NCBI GenBank assembly: GCA_964291235.2
Contig: OZ219816.1
Coordinates: 1,856,001-1,920,000 of the forward strand
Direction: 5' to 3'
Source of the DNA: Vicinamibacteria bacterium
GTDB lineage: Bacteria; Acidobacteriota; Vicinamibacteria; Marinacidobacterales; Marinacidobacteraceae
Length of the DNA: 64,000 bases
In this document: positions 28,797 through 38,531 of the stretch, piece by piece
How the letters are laid out: each line of letters begins with the position of its first letter
How positions within the stretch are numbered: the stretch's first letter is position 1
Notes under the pieces: model-generated
Told to the model about the DNA's origin: nothing
Databases searched by the model: none
Seen by the model: the letters and a program-made list of their open reading frames with translations, nothing else
Position numbers and translations under genes: made by a program

Positions 28797-29633
28797 TTGC
28801 AACTCCCTCGCGGTGTCCGGGTCCTGACCCGTTACCTTGCCGCTCCGCTGATCTTCGGTCTCGTGTTGCCGATGACGGCTGCGGCCGAAGAACTCCGATA
28901 TCCCGTGGACGTGGCGGTCGGGCCCGGCGGCGAGATCTACGTGGCCGATATCGAGGCGGCGGCATTGCTCCGCTGGAGCGGGGCCGGCTTTGAAGTGGTG
29001 GCGCGGGGGGAGGGACTTCCCAAGACGCCGCTCTTTGGAATCCGGCACATCGTTCCGGCCGGCGACGGCACGGTCCTCGCAAGCGATCCCGCCACGATGG
29101 CGCTCTACCGGATCGCGGCCTCCGGCGAAATCGCCGCCATTCCCGACGACGCCGGATTCGTGACCCCGTGGGGAATCGCGGTCGATGGCTCGGGCGGCAT
29201 CCTCGCGGTGGACCGCGTCACCCAGCGCCTCCGCCGGGTGGGACCGGACTCCATCGAGGACCTCGCGACCATCCGGGCGCCCCGGGCGATCCTGGCCGGG
29301 AGCGACGGCTCGCTCCACGTGCTCACCGACCGGAACGTGCTCCGGATGGAAGACGGCGACGGACAGCCGCTCATCCAGTCCCCTCCGTTCGAGTTCCCGC
29401 ACGACTTCGTGCGAGCCGCTGACGGGGGCTTCTTCGTGACCGACGGCTACGCCCGCTGCATCTGGAAGGTCAGCCCCGAGGGGCGGGTCTCCGTGCACGC
29501 GCGCGGTGCACCGCTCGTAAGTCCCCAGGGCATCGCGCTCGGCGAAGACGGCGACCTGTTGGTCGCCGATGCCCACGCGAAGACCATTTTTCGCATCTCC
29601 GCCGACGGGCAGGTTCTCCCGCTGGGCGAGTAA
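28797..29633 (+). CDS. secreted NHL-repeat beta-propeller protein
   Basis: YPVDVAV, TPWGIAVD, FPHDFV, SPQGIAL repeats after a signal peptide; start uncertain. Confidence 0.8.
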   Translation: MQLPRGVRVLTRYLAAPLIFGLVLPMTAAAEELRYPVDVAVGPGGEIYVADIEAAALLRWSGAGFEVVARGEGLPKTPLFGIRHIVPAGDGTVLASDPATMALYRIAASGEIAAIPDDAGFVTPWGIAVDGSGGILAVDRVTQRLRRVGPDSIEDLATIRAPRAILAGSDGSLHVLTDRNVLRMEDGDGQPLIQSPPFEFPHDFVRAADGGFFVTDGYARCIWKVSPEGRVSVHARGAPLVSPQGIALGEDGDLLVADAHAKTIFRISADGQVLPLGE

Positions 29634-29674
29634 CAGGTAGCAGTTAGGCAGCCAGCACCGGAAAGGAACTCCAC

Positions 29675-31027
29675 ATGTCTGAAGAGCGCGGAAGCTGGGG
29701 GTCTCGCCCCGGTTTCATCCTGGCCGCCACCGGTTCCGCCGTGGGCCTCGGAAACATCTGGGGTTTTCCAACCCAGGTGGGACAGGGCGGCGGCGCGGCC
29801 TTCGTGCTGCTCTACCTGATCGCGGTCGCCTTCATCTGCGCACCCATCCTGCTCGGCGAGGTCCTGATCGGGCGCTACGCGCAGCTCGGACCCGCGGGCT
29901 CCGTTCGGCGGATCTCGCCGAAGGGTCCCTGGTGGGTCATCGGCCTGCTGGCGGTAGCCGCCGGGACCTTCATCCTCTCTTTCTACGCGGTGATCGCCGG
30001 TTGGACCGTCCAGTACCTCTGGCTGGCGGTAACGGACGGCCTGGCAGCGGACGCCGAGGGGTCGGGAGCTCTCTTCACCGCCCTGGCGGCCGACTCGACC
30101 CGGAACATTCTGTTCACGGGCTTCTTCATCGCCGTCACCGTCTGGTGCGTCAATCGGGGGATCCGCCGCGGTATCGAAGCGGCGTCGCGCCTGATGATGC
30201 CGCTGCTGTTTGTTCTGCTGGTGATCCTCGCGATTCGCGCGGTAACGCTCCCCGGAGCCGCCGAGGGCCTCGCCTACTACCTGCGCCCCGATTTGTCCCA
30301 GGCCTTGAATCCCGAGATCATCGGAGCGGCGGTGGGCCAGGCGTTCTTCTCGCTCAGCCTCGGGATGGGAGCCCTCATCACCTACGGCAGTTACCTCCAC
30401 CGCTCCCACCGCGTTCGCATGGCGTCGATGGCGATCGTCGGCATCGACACCACGATCGCGCTGCTCGCCGGCTTCATCATCTTCCCGGCCGGGTTCTCCA
30501 TCGTGGGGTTCGACCCGACCGCCAGCGGGCCCGGCCTCATCTTCGCCGTCCTGCCCCAGCTCTTCGCGACGCTTCCCGGCGGGCTGCTGTTCGGGGCCGC
30601 CTTCTTCCTGCTCCTGTCGGTCGCCGCCTTCACCTCCACGATCTCACTGCTCGAGGTGCCGGTCGCGCATGCCATTGACGAGTGGCGCTGGCCGCGCAGC
30701 AAGGCCGTGCTCGCCGTCGGCGCCTTCACGTTCGCCTTCTCCATTCCGTCCGCGCTGTCCTTCAGCGGCGGGTTCTTCGGGGAGCTTCCCGTCGTCGGCG
30801 GCACCTTCTTCGACCTGATGGTGAACGTCTGGAACGAGGGAGCGCTGCCGGTCGGCGGAATGCTCATCAGTCTCTTCATCGGCTGGAAGTGGGGCGCCCG
30901 CTTCGCCGGCGACGAACTCCGGCGCGACGGTGTCGGTTTCCCAAGCCCGGCGCTGTGGGGCTTTCTGATCCGGTTCGTTTCACCGACCGCGATCTTCCTG
31001 CTGATCGTCTTCCGCTTCGTCGGCTAG
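29675..31027 (+). CDS. NSS family sodium-dependent transporter
   Basis: GSAVGLGNIWGFP, GQAFFSLSLGMG, GPGLIF; AAGGA RBS. Confidence 0.95.
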   Translation: MSEERGSWGSRPGFILAATGSAVGLGNIWGFPTQVGQGGGAAFVLLYLIAVAFICAPILLGEVLIGRYAQLGPAGSVRRISPKGPWWVIGLLAVAAGTFILSFYAVIAGWTVQYLWLAVTDGLAADAEGSGALFTALAADSTRNILFTGFFIAVTVWCVNRGIRRGIEAASRLMMPLLFVLLVILAIRAVTLPGAAEGLAYYLRPDLSQALNPEIIGAAVGQAFFSLSLGMGALITYGSYLHRSHRVRMASMAIVGIDTTIALLAGFIIFPAGFSIVGFDPTASGPGLIFAVLPQLFATLPGGLLFGAAFFLLLSVAAFTSTISLLEVPVAHAIDEWRWPRSKAVLAVGAFTFAFSIPSALSFSGGFFGELPVVGGTFFDLMVNVWNEGALPVGGMLISLFIGWKWGARFAGDELRRDGVGFPSPALWGFLIRFVSPTAIFLLIVFRFVG

Positions 31028-31052
31028 TCGTCCCTTTCTCCAAGGAAACACC

Positions 31053-32441
31053 ATGAGTGAATTCATTGCCTGGGCGTCGAACGCCATCTACCAGTGGTAC
31101 GCCCTGCCCCTCCTGCTGGTCGTCTGCGGCCTCTACCTGACGATCCGTACCGGCTTCGTCCAGATCCGTGGATTCGTCGCCGGCATGCGGCGGGTCGTTT
31201 CGGGGATGTCCCACGACCAGAAGGGCGCCGAAGGGGAGATCACCCCTTTCCAGGCGCTGTCAACCGCCCTCGCGTCCACCGTGGGAAACGGCAACATCGG
31301 CGGCGTCGCGACCGCCATCCTGATCGGAGGCCCGGGCGCCATCTTCTGGATGTGGGTCACCGCGGTCTTCGGCATGGCGACCAAGTATTCCGAAGCGGTG
31401 CTCGGCGTCACCTACCGGGTGAAGAAGGAATCGGGGGCGTTCGCGAGCGGCCCGATGTACTACATCATGGCGGGTGTCCGCCACGCGGGGCTGGCGAAAA
31501 CCCTCGCGATCATGTTCTGTGTCTTCGGCGCGGCAACCGCGCTCCTCGGCACCGGCAACATGGCGCAGTCGAACACCATCGTGCGAACGTTCGTGGAGGC
31601 GGCCTCCGGGTTCGGATGGGAGGTTTCGCCCTGGGTTCCGGGGCTCATCATTACGGGGGCGGTGGGCGCCGTCCTGCTCGGCGGTATCCACCGGATCGCC
31701 TCCGTGGCCGAGAAGCTCGTTCCCACGATGCTGGTGATCTACCTCGGGATGTCCCTCACCTACCTGCTGATGAACTTCAGCGCACTGCCCGGGGTCTTCG
31801 CGACGATCTTCGAGCACGCCCTCTCGCCGCACGCGGCGGCCGGCGGGTTCCTCGGGGTGACGGTTCGCCAGGCGATCGCGGCGGGGATCAGTCGGGGTGT
31901 GCTCTCGAACGAGGCCGGGCTCGGCAGCGCCCCGATCGCCCATGGGATCGCGCAGGTGAAACATCCCACCGACCAGGGCCTCGTCGGGGTCTTCGAGGTG
32001 TTCATCGACACCATCGTGGTGTGCAGCATGACCGCGTTCGCGGTGCTTTCCTCGGGCATGTGGATGGACGCGGCGTACCAGAACGCCAGTGGCGACCTCA
32101 CCGCCGCGGCCTTCTCGGTGTCGATTCCGTTCGCGCCGGTGGTGATCGCGATCTCCTCGTTCCTGTTCGGCTTCTCGACGATCATCGGCTGGTATTACTA
32201 CGGCGAGACCTGCTGGGAGTACATGTTCGGCCAGAAGGGCATCTTTTCCTACCGGATCATCTACGTCGCCCTCCTCCTCATCGGCGGGCTCGTGACGGTG
32301 GAGACGGTCTGGAACATCGGGACCCTGCTGAACGGCTTCATGGCCTTTCCCAACCTGATCGGCATGTTGTTCCTCGGTGGGGTGGTCGCCAAGAAGACAA
32401 ACGAGTACTACGCCGCCGAAAAGGGCGGAGGATCGAGCTGA
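31053..32441 (+). CDS. alanine/glycine:cation symporter (AGCS)
   Basis: TVGNGNIGGVATAI, GGPGAIFWMW, SNEAGLGSAP, FIDTIVVC. Confidence 0.95.
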   Translation: MSEFIAWASNAIYQWYALPLLLVVCGLYLTIRTGFVQIRGFVAGMRRVVSGMSHDQKGAEGEITPFQALSTALASTVGNGNIGGVATAILIGGPGAIFWMWVTAVFGMATKYSEAVLGVTYRVKKESGAFASGPMYYIMAGVRHAGLAKTLAIMFCVFGAATALLGTGNMAQSNTIVRTFVEAASGFGWEVSPWVPGLIITGAVGAVLLGGIHRIASVAEKLVPTMLVIYLGMSLTYLLMNFSALPGVFATIFEHALSPHAAAGGFLGVTVRQAIAAGISRGVLSNEAGLGSAPIAHGIAQVKHPTDQGLVGVFEVFIDTIVVCSMTAFAVLSSGMWMDAAYQNASGDLTAAAFSVSIPFAPVVIAISSFLFGFSTIIGWYYYGETCWEYMFGQKGIFSYRIIYVALLLIGGLVTVETVWNIGTLLNGFMAFPNLIGMLFLGGVVAKKTNEYYAAEKGGGSS

Positions 32442-32458
32442 TCCGGGAAGCCGACAGT

Positions 32459-32484
32459 GCCCGCCGCCTGGCGGCGGGCGCTCC
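32459..32484 (-). repeat. REP hairpin variant
   Basis: Reverse complement GGAGC-GCCCGCCGC-CAG-GCGGCGGGC: same head, different perfect stem. Confidence 0.55.
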
Positions 32485-32561
32485 GCCACTGCGGAGCCTC
32501 ACCCCGGCGGCGCTGAGTCGCTCCGCCCGGCGCCCGATGTGCTAGAGATGCACCGCAGCCG

Positions 32562-34829
32562 ATGACGGACGGTCAGCACCCGCCCCCGGCCGGGACAGCG
32601 TCGGGACACGGTTTCGGTACCGCTCCCGTCTTCCTGGCGTCGATCAGCACCATCCTCGGGGCAATCCTCTTTCTGCGGTTCGGCTACGCCGTCTCGGATG
32701 TCGGGCTCCTCGGCACCCTGCTGATCATCGCGATCGCGCATCTGGTCACCATCCCGACGGTCCTCGCGGTGTCCGAGATCGCGACGAACCGCCGGGTCGC
32801 CGGTGGCGGCGCCTACTACATCATCAGCCGGTCCTTCGGGACCCGGATCGGCGGGGTCATCGGAATCACGCTCTATCTGTCGCAAGCCATCTCGATCGCG
32901 TTCTACGTGGTGGCTTTCGGCGAGGCGTTCGGACCGGTGTTCGACTGGATCGAGGCCAACTGGAACGTGGTCGTGGACCCACGGTTCGTGAGCGTTTCGG
33001 CAGCCCTCGGGCTCCTGGTGCTGGTCCTGGCGAGAGGCGCCGACCTCGGGGTCCGGGTGCTGTGGGTGGTCTGCCTGTTACTGGGCGGCTCCGTTGCCGC
33101 CTTCCTGCTCGGCTCGGCTCCCGAAGCGATCCGTCCGGAGAGCTTCAGCCTGACCGCCACCAACGAGAACCCGCACAGCTTCGGGGTGGTGTTCGCGATC
33201 ATCTTCCCCGCCTTCACCGGGATGATCGCGGGCCTCGGGCTATCGGGGGATCTGAAGAATCCACACCGGAGCATTCCCCTGGGAACGATCCTGGCGACCG
33301 TCGTGGGAATGCTCATCTACGTCGTGGTCGCCATCAAGCTGGCCGTCAGCGTCAGCCCGGAGGAACTCCACGCGGACCAGTTCGTCATGGCGAGGATCGC
33401 GCTCTGGGGCCCCGCGATCTACGTGGGGCTCGGGGCAGCCGCCCTTTCCTCCGCGCTCGGCTCGGTCCTGGTCGCGCCGCGCACCCTGCAGGCGCTCGGC
33501 CAGGACAAGGTGCTGCCCTTCCCGGCGCTGAACCGGTTCGTAGCGAAAGGATTCGGGGAGGCGGGCGAACCGCGCTGGGCGGCAGCGCTGTCCGGCGCCG
33601 TCGCGGTCTTCTTCGCGGTGATCGGCGATGTGGACTTCATCGCCCAGATCCTGACGATGTTCTTCCTGGTCACCTACGGCGCGCTCTGCACGGTGTCTTT
33701 CCTGGAGTACTTCGCCGGCAATCCGTCCTATCGGCCGACCTTCCGCACCCGGTGGTACCTCTCGCTCGTCGGGGCAATCATGTGCGGGGTGCTCATGGTG
33801 CGGATGAACGCCCTCTATGCCCTAATCGCGTTCTCGGTGATGTGGCTCATCTACCTGGGACTGAGTCGCTCGCGCCGCGGCGAGCGGGACTTCGCCGCCA
33901 TCTTCCAGGGCACCATCTTCCAGCTCACCCGACGGCTCCGCATCACTCTCCAGAAGAACCGGGTGGAACGGGCCGCCGGGGGCTGGCGGCCGTCGGTGGT
34001 CGCGGTAACCCGGCACGGGGAACGGCTGGGTCACTTCGACCTCCTGCGCTGGATCAGCCACCGGCACGGCTTCGGCCATTTCGTCCGCTACTTCGAGGGG
34101 GACTATTCCCTCGCCACCACCCGGGAGGCCCGTGCGGAAGTGCGCAGCCTGATCGGCCAGACGGAAGCCAGTGGAGCGGGTGTCTATGTGGACTCCCTCA
34201 TCAGCCCGTCGTTCCCGCTCGCGCTCGCCCAATCGCTCCAGATGCCGGGAATCTCCGGACTACCCAACAACTGCCTGCTGCTGGAGTTCGACAAGCCGCG
34301 GCGGGAGGAAATTGCGGAGACCGTCCAGGGAGCCCGAACCGCGGTGGACACCGGGTTCAACGCCCTGGTCCTCCGCTCCACCAGCCATCGCTTCGGCTAT
34401 CGCTCGTCCATCCACCTGTGGTTGACCGAGGACAACTTCGACAATGCGCCTCTCATGCTGCTGCTCGCCTACATCATTGTGGGACACCCGGAATGGAAGC
34501 GCGCCGAGATCCAGGTGTTCGAGTGCTGCGATCTGAGCTCGAGCGAGCATCAGAACCATGACCTCGCGGGGCTGCTGTCGCAGGAGCGCCTGCCCATCTC
34601 GGAGCAGAACCGAATGACGATCGGCTACCGCGGCGACGAGGACCTTGAGGAAGAGGTTTCACGGCGGTCCGCACGAGCCGACCTGGTGATCGCCGGAATC
34701 CCGGCCGCGACGCTCAGGGGAGAGGAAGCGGAGCGGGCGCTCCGCGGCTACGCATCCACGAACGACGTGCTGTTCGTCAGCGGGGTAGAGCAGATTTCGC
34801 TGGCGGACGGAGGCGCGGGCGGCGGATAG
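32562..34829 (+). CDS. cation-chloride cotransporter (SLC12/CCC)-like APC permease
   Basis: ILGAILFLR, GGGAYYIISRSFG, FPAFTGMIAGLGLSGDLKNP..SIPLGT, RPTF, WRP, large C-terminal soluble domain. Confidence 0.88.
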   Translation: MTDGQHPPPAGTASGHGFGTAPVFLASISTILGAILFLRFGYAVSDVGLLGTLLIIAIAHLVTIPTVLAVSEIATNRRVAGGGAYYIISRSFGTRIGGVIGITLYLSQAISIAFYVVAFGEAFGPVFDWIEANWNVVVDPRFVSVSAALGLLVLVLARGADLGVRVLWVVCLLLGGSVAAFLLGSAPEAIRPESFSLTATNENPHSFGVVFAIIFPAFTGMIAGLGLSGDLKNPHRSIPLGTILATVVGMLIYVVVAIKLAVSVSPEELHADQFVMARIALWGPAIYVGLGAAALSSALGSVLVAPRTLQALGQDKVLPFPALNRFVAKGFGEAGEPRWAAALSGAVAVFFAVIGDVDFIAQILTMFFLVTYGALCTVSFLEYFAGNPSYRPTFRTRWYLSLVGAIMCGVLMVRMNALYALIAFSVMWLIYLGLSRSRRGERDFAAIFQGTIFQLTRRLRITLQKNRVERAAGGWRPSVVAVTRHGERLGHFDLLRWISHRHGFGHFVRYFEGDYSLATTREARAEVRSLIGQTEASGAGVYVDSLISPSFPLALAQSLQMPGISGLPNNCLLLEFDKPRREEIAETVQGARTAVDTGFNALVLRSTSHRFGYRSSIHLWLTEDNFDNAPLMLLLAYIIVGHPEWKRAEIQVFECCDLSSSEHQNHDLAGLLSQERLPISEQNRMTIGYRGDEDLEEEVSRRSARADLVIAGIPAATLRGEEAERALRGYASTNDVLFVSGVEQISLADGGAGGG

Positions 34830-34852
34830 AAGCCGGGCGAACCGGGGCGATA

Positions 34853-34896
34853 GGAGTTTCGCCCGCTGCGCAGGCGATGCCGGTGCGATGACCGGC
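34853..34896 (-). repeat. degenerate REP double-hairpin unit
   Basis: GGAGTTTCGCCCGCTGCGCAGGCGATGCCGGT...ACCGGC between convergent genes. Confidence 0.65.
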
Positions 34897-34917
34897 CCAG
34901 TGGTGGGGGTTCCTCGC

Positions 34918-35322
34918 CTACTTCCAGACGGACAGCAAGAGCGCCTGCCCCATCAGCGCGACGAAGTTGTAGGCGACGTTCATCACCGCGAGTCCGGATT
35001 TCCGCTTCTCGAACGCCACCGACTGGTGCGACACCGGGATCACGAAGGCGATCGTGGCGACGAGGGCGGCGTGGACACCGTGGAGCGGGCCGCTGAAGCC
35101 GTCGAGCAGCACCGCGAGGCCGAAGGCGGACGCGATGGCGAACAGGAATGACCCGCCGTAGGTCTTCAGGGGATTGAAGCCCTCGGCGATGGCCTCTTCG
35201 GTGGTCTCCATGAGCGCCAGCCAGCGCTTCCCGAAGATCGGGCCGTACCAGAGCGCGCCCACGATCAGCGGCACGATGCCGGCTACGAGAATGGCCAGGT
35301 AGTTGAGGTCGGGTCCGTGCAT
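34918..35322 (-). CDS. DUF1761 family membrane protein
   Basis: LNYLAILVA, GALWYGPIFGKRW, FEKR. Confidence 0.85.
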   Translation of the reverse strand: MHGPDLNYLAILVAGIVPLIVGALWYGPIFGKRWLALMETTEEAIAEGFNPLKTYGGSFLFAIASAFGLAVLLDGFSGPLHGVHAALVATIAFVIPVSHQSVAFEKRKSGLAVMNVAYNFVALMGQALLLSVWK

Positions 35323-35334
35323 GGGTTCCTCCCG

Positions 35335-36654
35335 CTATTCGCTGTCGAGATCGTCGCCGGAGACGCTGATCCCTGCTTTTTCGAGCTCCCAGAGCACCGC
35401 ATCCGCGAATTCGTCGAGGGTCGGCAGCCGCCGCCCATTGATGAATAGCGTCGGGGTACCGGTGATTCCGAGTCGCATTGCCTCGGCGATGTCGGACTGG
35501 AGCGCCGCTTCCGCCTGAGGCTCGGCCAGGCAGGCCCGGAAGGCTGCTTCGTCGAGCCCGGCGCCCACCGCGATGCGGACCACATCGTCCACATCCGGTC
35601 CATTCGGCGGGGCCCGATAGACGGCATCGTGATACTCCCAGAACCCACCCAGAAGGTTGGCGCAGGTCCCGCCGCGCGCCACCTCGCAGGCGCCGGGGTG
35701 CATCACGCGCGGGAGGTGCGCGGAGCACGTCGAATCGAGCGGATAGCTCCGGTAGTAGAGGGCGATGTGGGGACCCGTGGGGCCTTCCACGTATTGATCG
35801 AAGGCCAGCGCGAAGCGCCGGCAGGACGGACAGAGAAAGTCCGAAAAGGTGACGATCTTCACCGGGGCGTCGGAATCCCCCTTGACGGGTAGCCCGTCGA
35901 GCGAAACTTCCTGCACCCGCTGCTGTTGAAACGAGGGATTCCTCCACTGCGGCAAGACGCCGGCGCCTTGTACCGGCAGCGCGCGGGGGACATCCTCCGA
36001 AGCCGCCGAGCGGACTCCCAGGATCGAGAGGTCAACGGAGGTCTCGGCGCGGTCGCCGAGGCCGGTATTGATCACCAGCACGGCCGCGGCGACCAGGCAG
36101 GCGGCGAGCCAGAACGCGCGAATCGCGAATCGTTCCACGGCAAACTGCGGATCCGCCGCCGGCGCCGGCGTTCCCCCCGGCCGCCGGCGGGCCGGCAACA
36201 GGAACCAGAAGGCCGCCGCGTTGGCTCCGTAGGTCCAGATGCAGAGCGAACAGAAGCTGCCGATGGCGAGCGCCTGAACGCCGAACAGGAACAGATCCAC
36301 GAGGAGCGCCAGGCTCACGAGACCGAGCGCCAGGCGGCCGGGCCGGCTGGAAAGCGGGGCCTTCCCGAGCAGGGCAAGCGCCAGCAAAAACCCGAGGGAG
36401 ACGAAGAACGCGAGCCCCACCGCGGCAAGGGGAACCCCCGCCACCGCGGACCAGGAACTCGCGGCTACTTCCTCACAGCCCGAGTTCATCGGATCGCAGG
36501 CGGCCGCGGCGAGGGCGCCCGCATCGAGGCCGTGATGCCGGAGAAGCAGGACTCCCGAAACCACCGCGCCGAAGGTGGCCGCGGCAAAGGCGAGTCCAAG
36601 ACGAACGGTGTCCGTTACGCGAGAAAAGGGCATGGGAGCCCGGAGTTTATCCAC
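35335..36654 (-). CDS. VKOR-DsbA (thioredoxin) fusion
   Basis: Loop cysteines C..GCEEV, FCSLC in membrane part; FSDFLCPSC and GTPT in soluble part; alternative ATG 36633. Confidence 0.88.
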   Translation of the reverse strand: MDKLRAPMPFSRVTDTVRLGLAFAAATFGAVVSGVLLLRHHGLDAGALAAAACDPMNSGCEEVAASSWSAVAGVPLAAVGLAFFVSLGFLLALALLGKAPLSSRPGRLALGLVSLALLVDLFLFGVQALAIGSFCSLCIWTYGANAAAFWFLLPARRRPGGTPAPAADPQFAVERFAIRAFWLAACLVAAAVLVINTGLGDRAETSVDLSILGVRSAASEDVPRALPVQGAGVLPQWRNPSFQQQRVQEVSLDGLPVKGDSDAPVKIVTFSDFLCPSCRRFALAFDQYVEGPTGPHIALYYRSYPLDSTCSAHLPRVMHPGACEVARGGTCANLLGGFWEYHDAVYRAPPNGPDVDDVVRIAVGAGLDEAAFRACLAEPQAEAALQSDIAEAMRLGITGTPTLFINGRRLPTLDEFADAVLWELEKAGISVSGDDLDSE

Positions 36655-36707
36655 CGTCGCCGGCCTTGAAAGGAATCCGCGGGAGAGCCCGACCCGCCTG
36701 GGTTCCG

Positions 36708-37376
36708 CTACCTGCCGCGCACCTCTCGTTCGTAGCCGACAACGTAGTCGGGCGCACCAATGCCTTCCCTCAGATCCGGCGCCGGCTCCGGCGGCCCGAA
36801 AGTCGTTCTCACCGGGACCAGGCCGGCCCAGCAGGACAGCGCGAGGTCCTCATCATCGTCGGCGGGAGGCCCGGTCCGCACTTTGGCAGTTGCCTCGCTG
36901 ATGGGGATGGACGCAACCAGCGTCGCCTTGAGTTCCACGGCGTTGGTCGGCCGGGCATCTCCGTGTCGCCCCGGCACCAACCGGCTCAGCAGGACATCAA
37001 GGGCGCGCATCTTCTCGCCTTCGTCGGCGACCTCTTCGGTGCGCCCGAGCACCACCACCGAGCGGTAGTTCATCGAATGGTGGAAATAGGACCGGGCAAG
37101 GACGAGGGCGTCCAGCAGGGTCACGGTGACCGCGGCCTCGGTTCCGGCGACGAGCTGACGCATCAACCGGCTCGCCGACGAGCCGTGCAGCAGCAGGCGA
37201 TCCCCGTCGCGGGCGTATCCCATGGGAATCACGAATGGCGAACCCTCGTGGACGAAACCGACATGCGCCACGATGCCCTCGTCGAGGATCGAATCGATCA
37301 CCGTCCGGTCGTGCGAGCCCCGTTGCGGCAGCCGCCGGACACGGCTGCGGGGCGTCCGCTGGATTTCGGAAGCCAT
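36708..37376 (-). CDS. pyridoxamine 5'-phosphate oxidase-like flavin-binding protein
   Basis: PFVIP, LHGSSASR, LARSYFHHSMNYRSVV, AKVRTGPP. Confidence 0.88.
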   Translation of the reverse strand: MASEIQRTPRSRVRRLPQRGSHDRTVIDSILDEGIVAHVGFVHEGSPFVIPMGYARDGDRLLLHGSSASRLMRQLVAGTEAAVTVTLLDALVLARSYFHHSMNYRSVVVLGRTEEVADEGEKMRALDVLLSRLVPGRHGDARPTNAVELKATLVASIPISEATAKVRTGPPADDDEDLALSCWAGLVPVRTTFGPPEPAPDLREGIGAPDYVVGYEREVRGR

Positions 37377-37400
37377 TGTCTCCCGAGTCTAGCGGTGGTC

Positions 37401-38531
37401 CTACAGGTCGGTACGCAGCGAGAGCCGACTCCGCAACATCGCGACGGTTACCACGCCCACGAACCGTCCGGCATCGAGGACCGCCAGGGACCGCCGGCCT
37501 TCGGAGAGGAGAGTCACGGCGCGGATGGCCGCGTCCTCCGGGGACAGCGTCGTGGCCAGGATGTCCGTACGCATGAGATCCCCGGCGGTGAGCCGCTCCA
37601 GTTCGTCCGCCGACCGCCGCCGCAGATCCTCGACGCGGACGGCTCCCACGAGGTCCGCCTCATCGAGCACCGGGATTTCGGAGTGGGGCGTTTCCAGCGT
37701 TGCCAGTTCGAGGCCGGAGGCATCTCTCGGAACCGAAAGGATGCGGTAGTCGAGCAGGTGGGCCGCCGTAACTCCCTCGAGCGTCTTGGCGAGCCAGACG
37801 TGGCGGGTCACCTCCCGCGACGTCCGCCGGAGGTGGAGCCCGATGAGGACAAACCAGGCGCCGAGCACCAGTCCAATCGCGCCCCCCGCCGTACCGCTGC
37901 CGCCAAAGAGCGCCAGCGCGCCGAACGCGATCATCAAGAGCCCAAACGCGCCGCCGGTAGCCGCAACCGCCCGGGTGGCGGCCAGGGGACGGTCCCAGAC
38001 CGCCCAGAGAGCGGCCCGCAGAATCCGGCCGCCGTCCAGGGGAACCGCCGGGATCAGGTTGAACGTCAGCAGCAGGCCATTGATCAGCGCAAGGTTGTTC
38101 GCCACGGCGACGACCGCGGACGCGTCCGCGCTGACGAGTGCCGAGGTGGCGAGGAACAACAACAGGAGGAACAGGGTGGCGAATGGCCCCGCGAGAGCGA
38201 TCCGGAGTTCCGCCGCCGCACCCCGCGGATGCCCTTCCAGCTCCGTAGCCCCTCCGAACACCCGGAGCGTAATTCCGGAAACCTTCAGCCCCGTTCGCGC
38301 CGCCGCGGCGGCATGGGCCAGTTCGTGAATCAGGACGGACCCGAGGAGCAGCACGCTGGTCACCACGCCGAGGGCGGCGGCGCCCGCTGCCGATAGCCCG
38401 GGAACACCCCGGTAGTAGAGCACCGCAAAGAGCGCCGAGACGACGCTCGCGGTCAGCAACCACGAATAGTGGATACGGATCGGAAACGGAAGCCAGAGTT
38501 GGCGGACTCCCGGCCGCCCTGCCCTGGTCAC
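37401..38531 (-). CDS. site-2 protease (M50) with CBS domains
   Basis: HELAH, FGG, IALAGP, FNLIPAVPLDGGR; C-terminal CBS pair. Confidence 0.92.
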   Translation of the reverse strand: MTRAGRPGVRQLWLPFPIRIHYSWLLTASVVSALFAVLYYRGVPGLSAAGAAALGVVTSVLLLGSVLIHELAHAAAAARTGLKVSGITLRVFGGATELEGHPRGAAAELRIALAGPFATLFLLLLFLATSALVSADASAVVAVANNLALINGLLLTFNLIPAVPLDGGRILRAALWAVWDRPLAATRAVAATGGAFGLLMIAFGALALFGGSGTAGGAIGLVLGAWFVLIGLHLRRTSREVTRHVWLAKTLEGVTAAHLLDYRILSVPRDASGLELATLETPHSEIPVLDEADLVGAVRVEDLRRRSADELERLTAGDLMRTDILATTLSPEDAAIRAVTLLSEGRRSLAVLDAGRFVGVVTVAMLRSRLSLRTDL

